NCBI GenBank assembly: GCA_963843845.1
Contig: CAWJMB010000002.1
Coordinates: forward strand, 3,264,001-3,328,000
DNA length: 64,000 nt
Reading direction: 5' to 3'
Origin: an uncultured Gemmatimonadaceae bacterium
GTDB taxonomy: Bacteria > Gemmatimonadota > Gemmatimonadetes > Gemmatimonadales > Gemmatimonadaceae
In this document: positions 62,876 to 64,000 of the stretch, piece after piece
Layout of the letters: the number at the start of each line of letters is the position of its first letter
Position numbering within the stretch: position 1 is the first letter of the stretch
The notes under the pieces: generated by a model
The model's database searches: none
Told to the model about the DNA's origin: nothing
The model's input: only the letters and a program-made list of their open reading frames with translations
Position numbers and translations under genes: made by a program

Positions 62876-64000
62876 ATGCGCGCCACCACACGCCTCCTCG
62901 CCGCGCTCGCGGTGCTCACGTCCTCCGCCGTCGCGCAGCAGCCGACGCCCCCCTCCGCGACCGCCGGCCGCGCGCCGGGCGGTCGCGGGACGGCGATCCG
63001 GCCCGGCGAGTCGTGCCCCCCCGGCACGACCGAGATCCGCCCGCGCAGCTGCCTCGCGCCGCAGAGCGCGCCGCCGAGCATCCTCGACTATCGGCCGCGT
63101 TCGACGCTCGTGACGACGGCGCACGCCGTTCCGCGCGCGAAGTTTCCGGCGATCGACTTTCACGGCCACCCCGGCGGGCTGTTAGGCACCCCCGAGGGGC
63201 TGACGCAGCTCGCCGCCGCGCTCGACTCGCTGAACGTGCGCATGATGATCGCCGCCGACAACATGTCGGGGGAGCGGCTGCAGCGCACGATGGCGTCGAT
63301 CGCCGCGTCGCCGTACAGGGATCGCGTGCGCGTGCTCGCCGGCATCGACTTCCGGAACGTCGGCCCCGGCTGGGCAGCGAAGGCGGTGCAGCAGCTCGAG
63401 GCGGACGTCGCCGCGGGGGCGGTGGGCGTCGGCGAAGTCGGGAAGGGGTTCGGGCTCTCGACGCGCAAGGCCGACGGCTCGCGCCTCAGGCTCGACGATC
63501 CCGAGCTCGGCGCCGATCTGGGCGGCGTGCGCACGGCTCAATCTGCCGGTGTTCATCCACACCGCCGACCCGCAGGAGTTCTTCCAGCCGATCGACAACG
63601 CGAACGAGCGGTGGCTCGAGCTCTCGCTCTTCCCCGAGCGGCGCTACCCGCAGGACCAGTATCCGAGCTTCGAGACGCTGATGACGGAGCGCGACAACCT
63701 GTTCCGCCGCAACCCGAAGACGACGTTCGTCACCGCGCACCTCGGCTGGCACGCGAACGACCTCGCGCGGCTCGGCCGCATGTTCGACGCGATGCCGAAC
63801 GTGTACTCCGAAGTCGGCGCGGTGCTCTACGACATCGGCCGGCAGCCGCGGCAGGCGCGCGACTTCTTCGTGAAGTACCAGGACCGCATCCTGTTCGGGA
63901 AGGACTCGTTCCAGCCGGAGGAGTATCCCTACTACTGGCGCGTGTTCGAGACGCGCGACGACTACTTCGACTACTACCGTCCGTATCACGCGTTCTGGAA
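62876..64000 (+). CDS. Secreted amidohydrolase family protein, runs off the window (frameshift near 63510)
   Basis: Signal peptide; IDFHGH, PVFIHTADP, AHLGW, RILFGKD. Confidence 0.88.
   Translation, partial: MRATTRLLAALAVLTSSAVAQQPTPPSATAGRAPGGRGTAIRPGESCPPGTTEIRPRSCLAPQSAPPSILDYRPRSTLVTTAHAVPRAKFPAIDFHGHPGGLLGTPEGLTQLAAALDSLNVRMMIAADNMSGERLQRTMASIAASPYRDRVRVLAGIDFRNVGPGWAAKAVQQLEADVAAGAVGVGEVGKGFGLSTRKADGSRLRLDDPELGADLGGVRTAQSAGVHPHRRPAGVLPADRQRERAVARALALPRAALPAGPVSELRDADDGARQPVPPQPEDDVRHRAPRLARERPRAARPHVRRDAERVLRSRRGALRHRPAAAAGARLLREVPGPHPVREGLVPAGGVSLLLARVRDARRLLRLLPSVSRVLE

Noticed and set aside
6838..63989. Numerous long Arg/Ala-rich alternative-frame or antisense ORFs (e.g. 6885-9476, 20750-23116, 58118-60109, 61432-63681)
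   Set aside because: Shadow ORFs caused by high GC and stop-codon scarcity; they overlap well-supported genes and show no motifs.

Overview
Very GC-rich (roughly 75%, estimated by eye) bacterial DNA. Gene content and style suggest Gemmatimonadota (Gemmatirosa-like); this is an inference. The window is dominated by a ~42 kb flagellar cluster (10.1-52.6 kb): flgBC-hyp-fliE, fliFGHIJ-motE-like-fliK-flgDE, fliLMN-fliO/fliP, fliQR, flhBAFG-fliA, flgFGAHIJNK-csrA, motA and motB. It is interrupted by accessory genes (S41 peptidase, HAD, ADOP-type permease, alpha/beta hydrolase, diguanylate cyclase, ZU5-like lipoprotein). Upstream lie a partial sigma-54 activator, TPR/CDF genes, a PEP-CTERM protein, two Tat-exported DsrE-like paralogues, M23 and M13 peptidases and a methyltransferase. 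Downstream lie a membrane Hanks kinase with a CxxGCC lipoprotein, PadR with a permease and a Kelch protein, an EAL-HDOD protein and a partial amidohydrolase. The strongest hidden signal is non-coding. All six early flagellar operons share one three-part promoter grammar: a pair of CGGCA-N5-YGCCG palindromes, a 25-bp YAA-N4-TTG-N5-CAA-N4-TTR IHF-like element, and a sigma-54 -24/-12 box in helical phase with that element. motA and motB instead carry sigma-28-type promoters. Many conserved genes carry frameshifts, more likely assembly or consensus errors than true decay, so their coordinates are approximate. No rRNA, tRNA, CRISPR or IS element was recognised.
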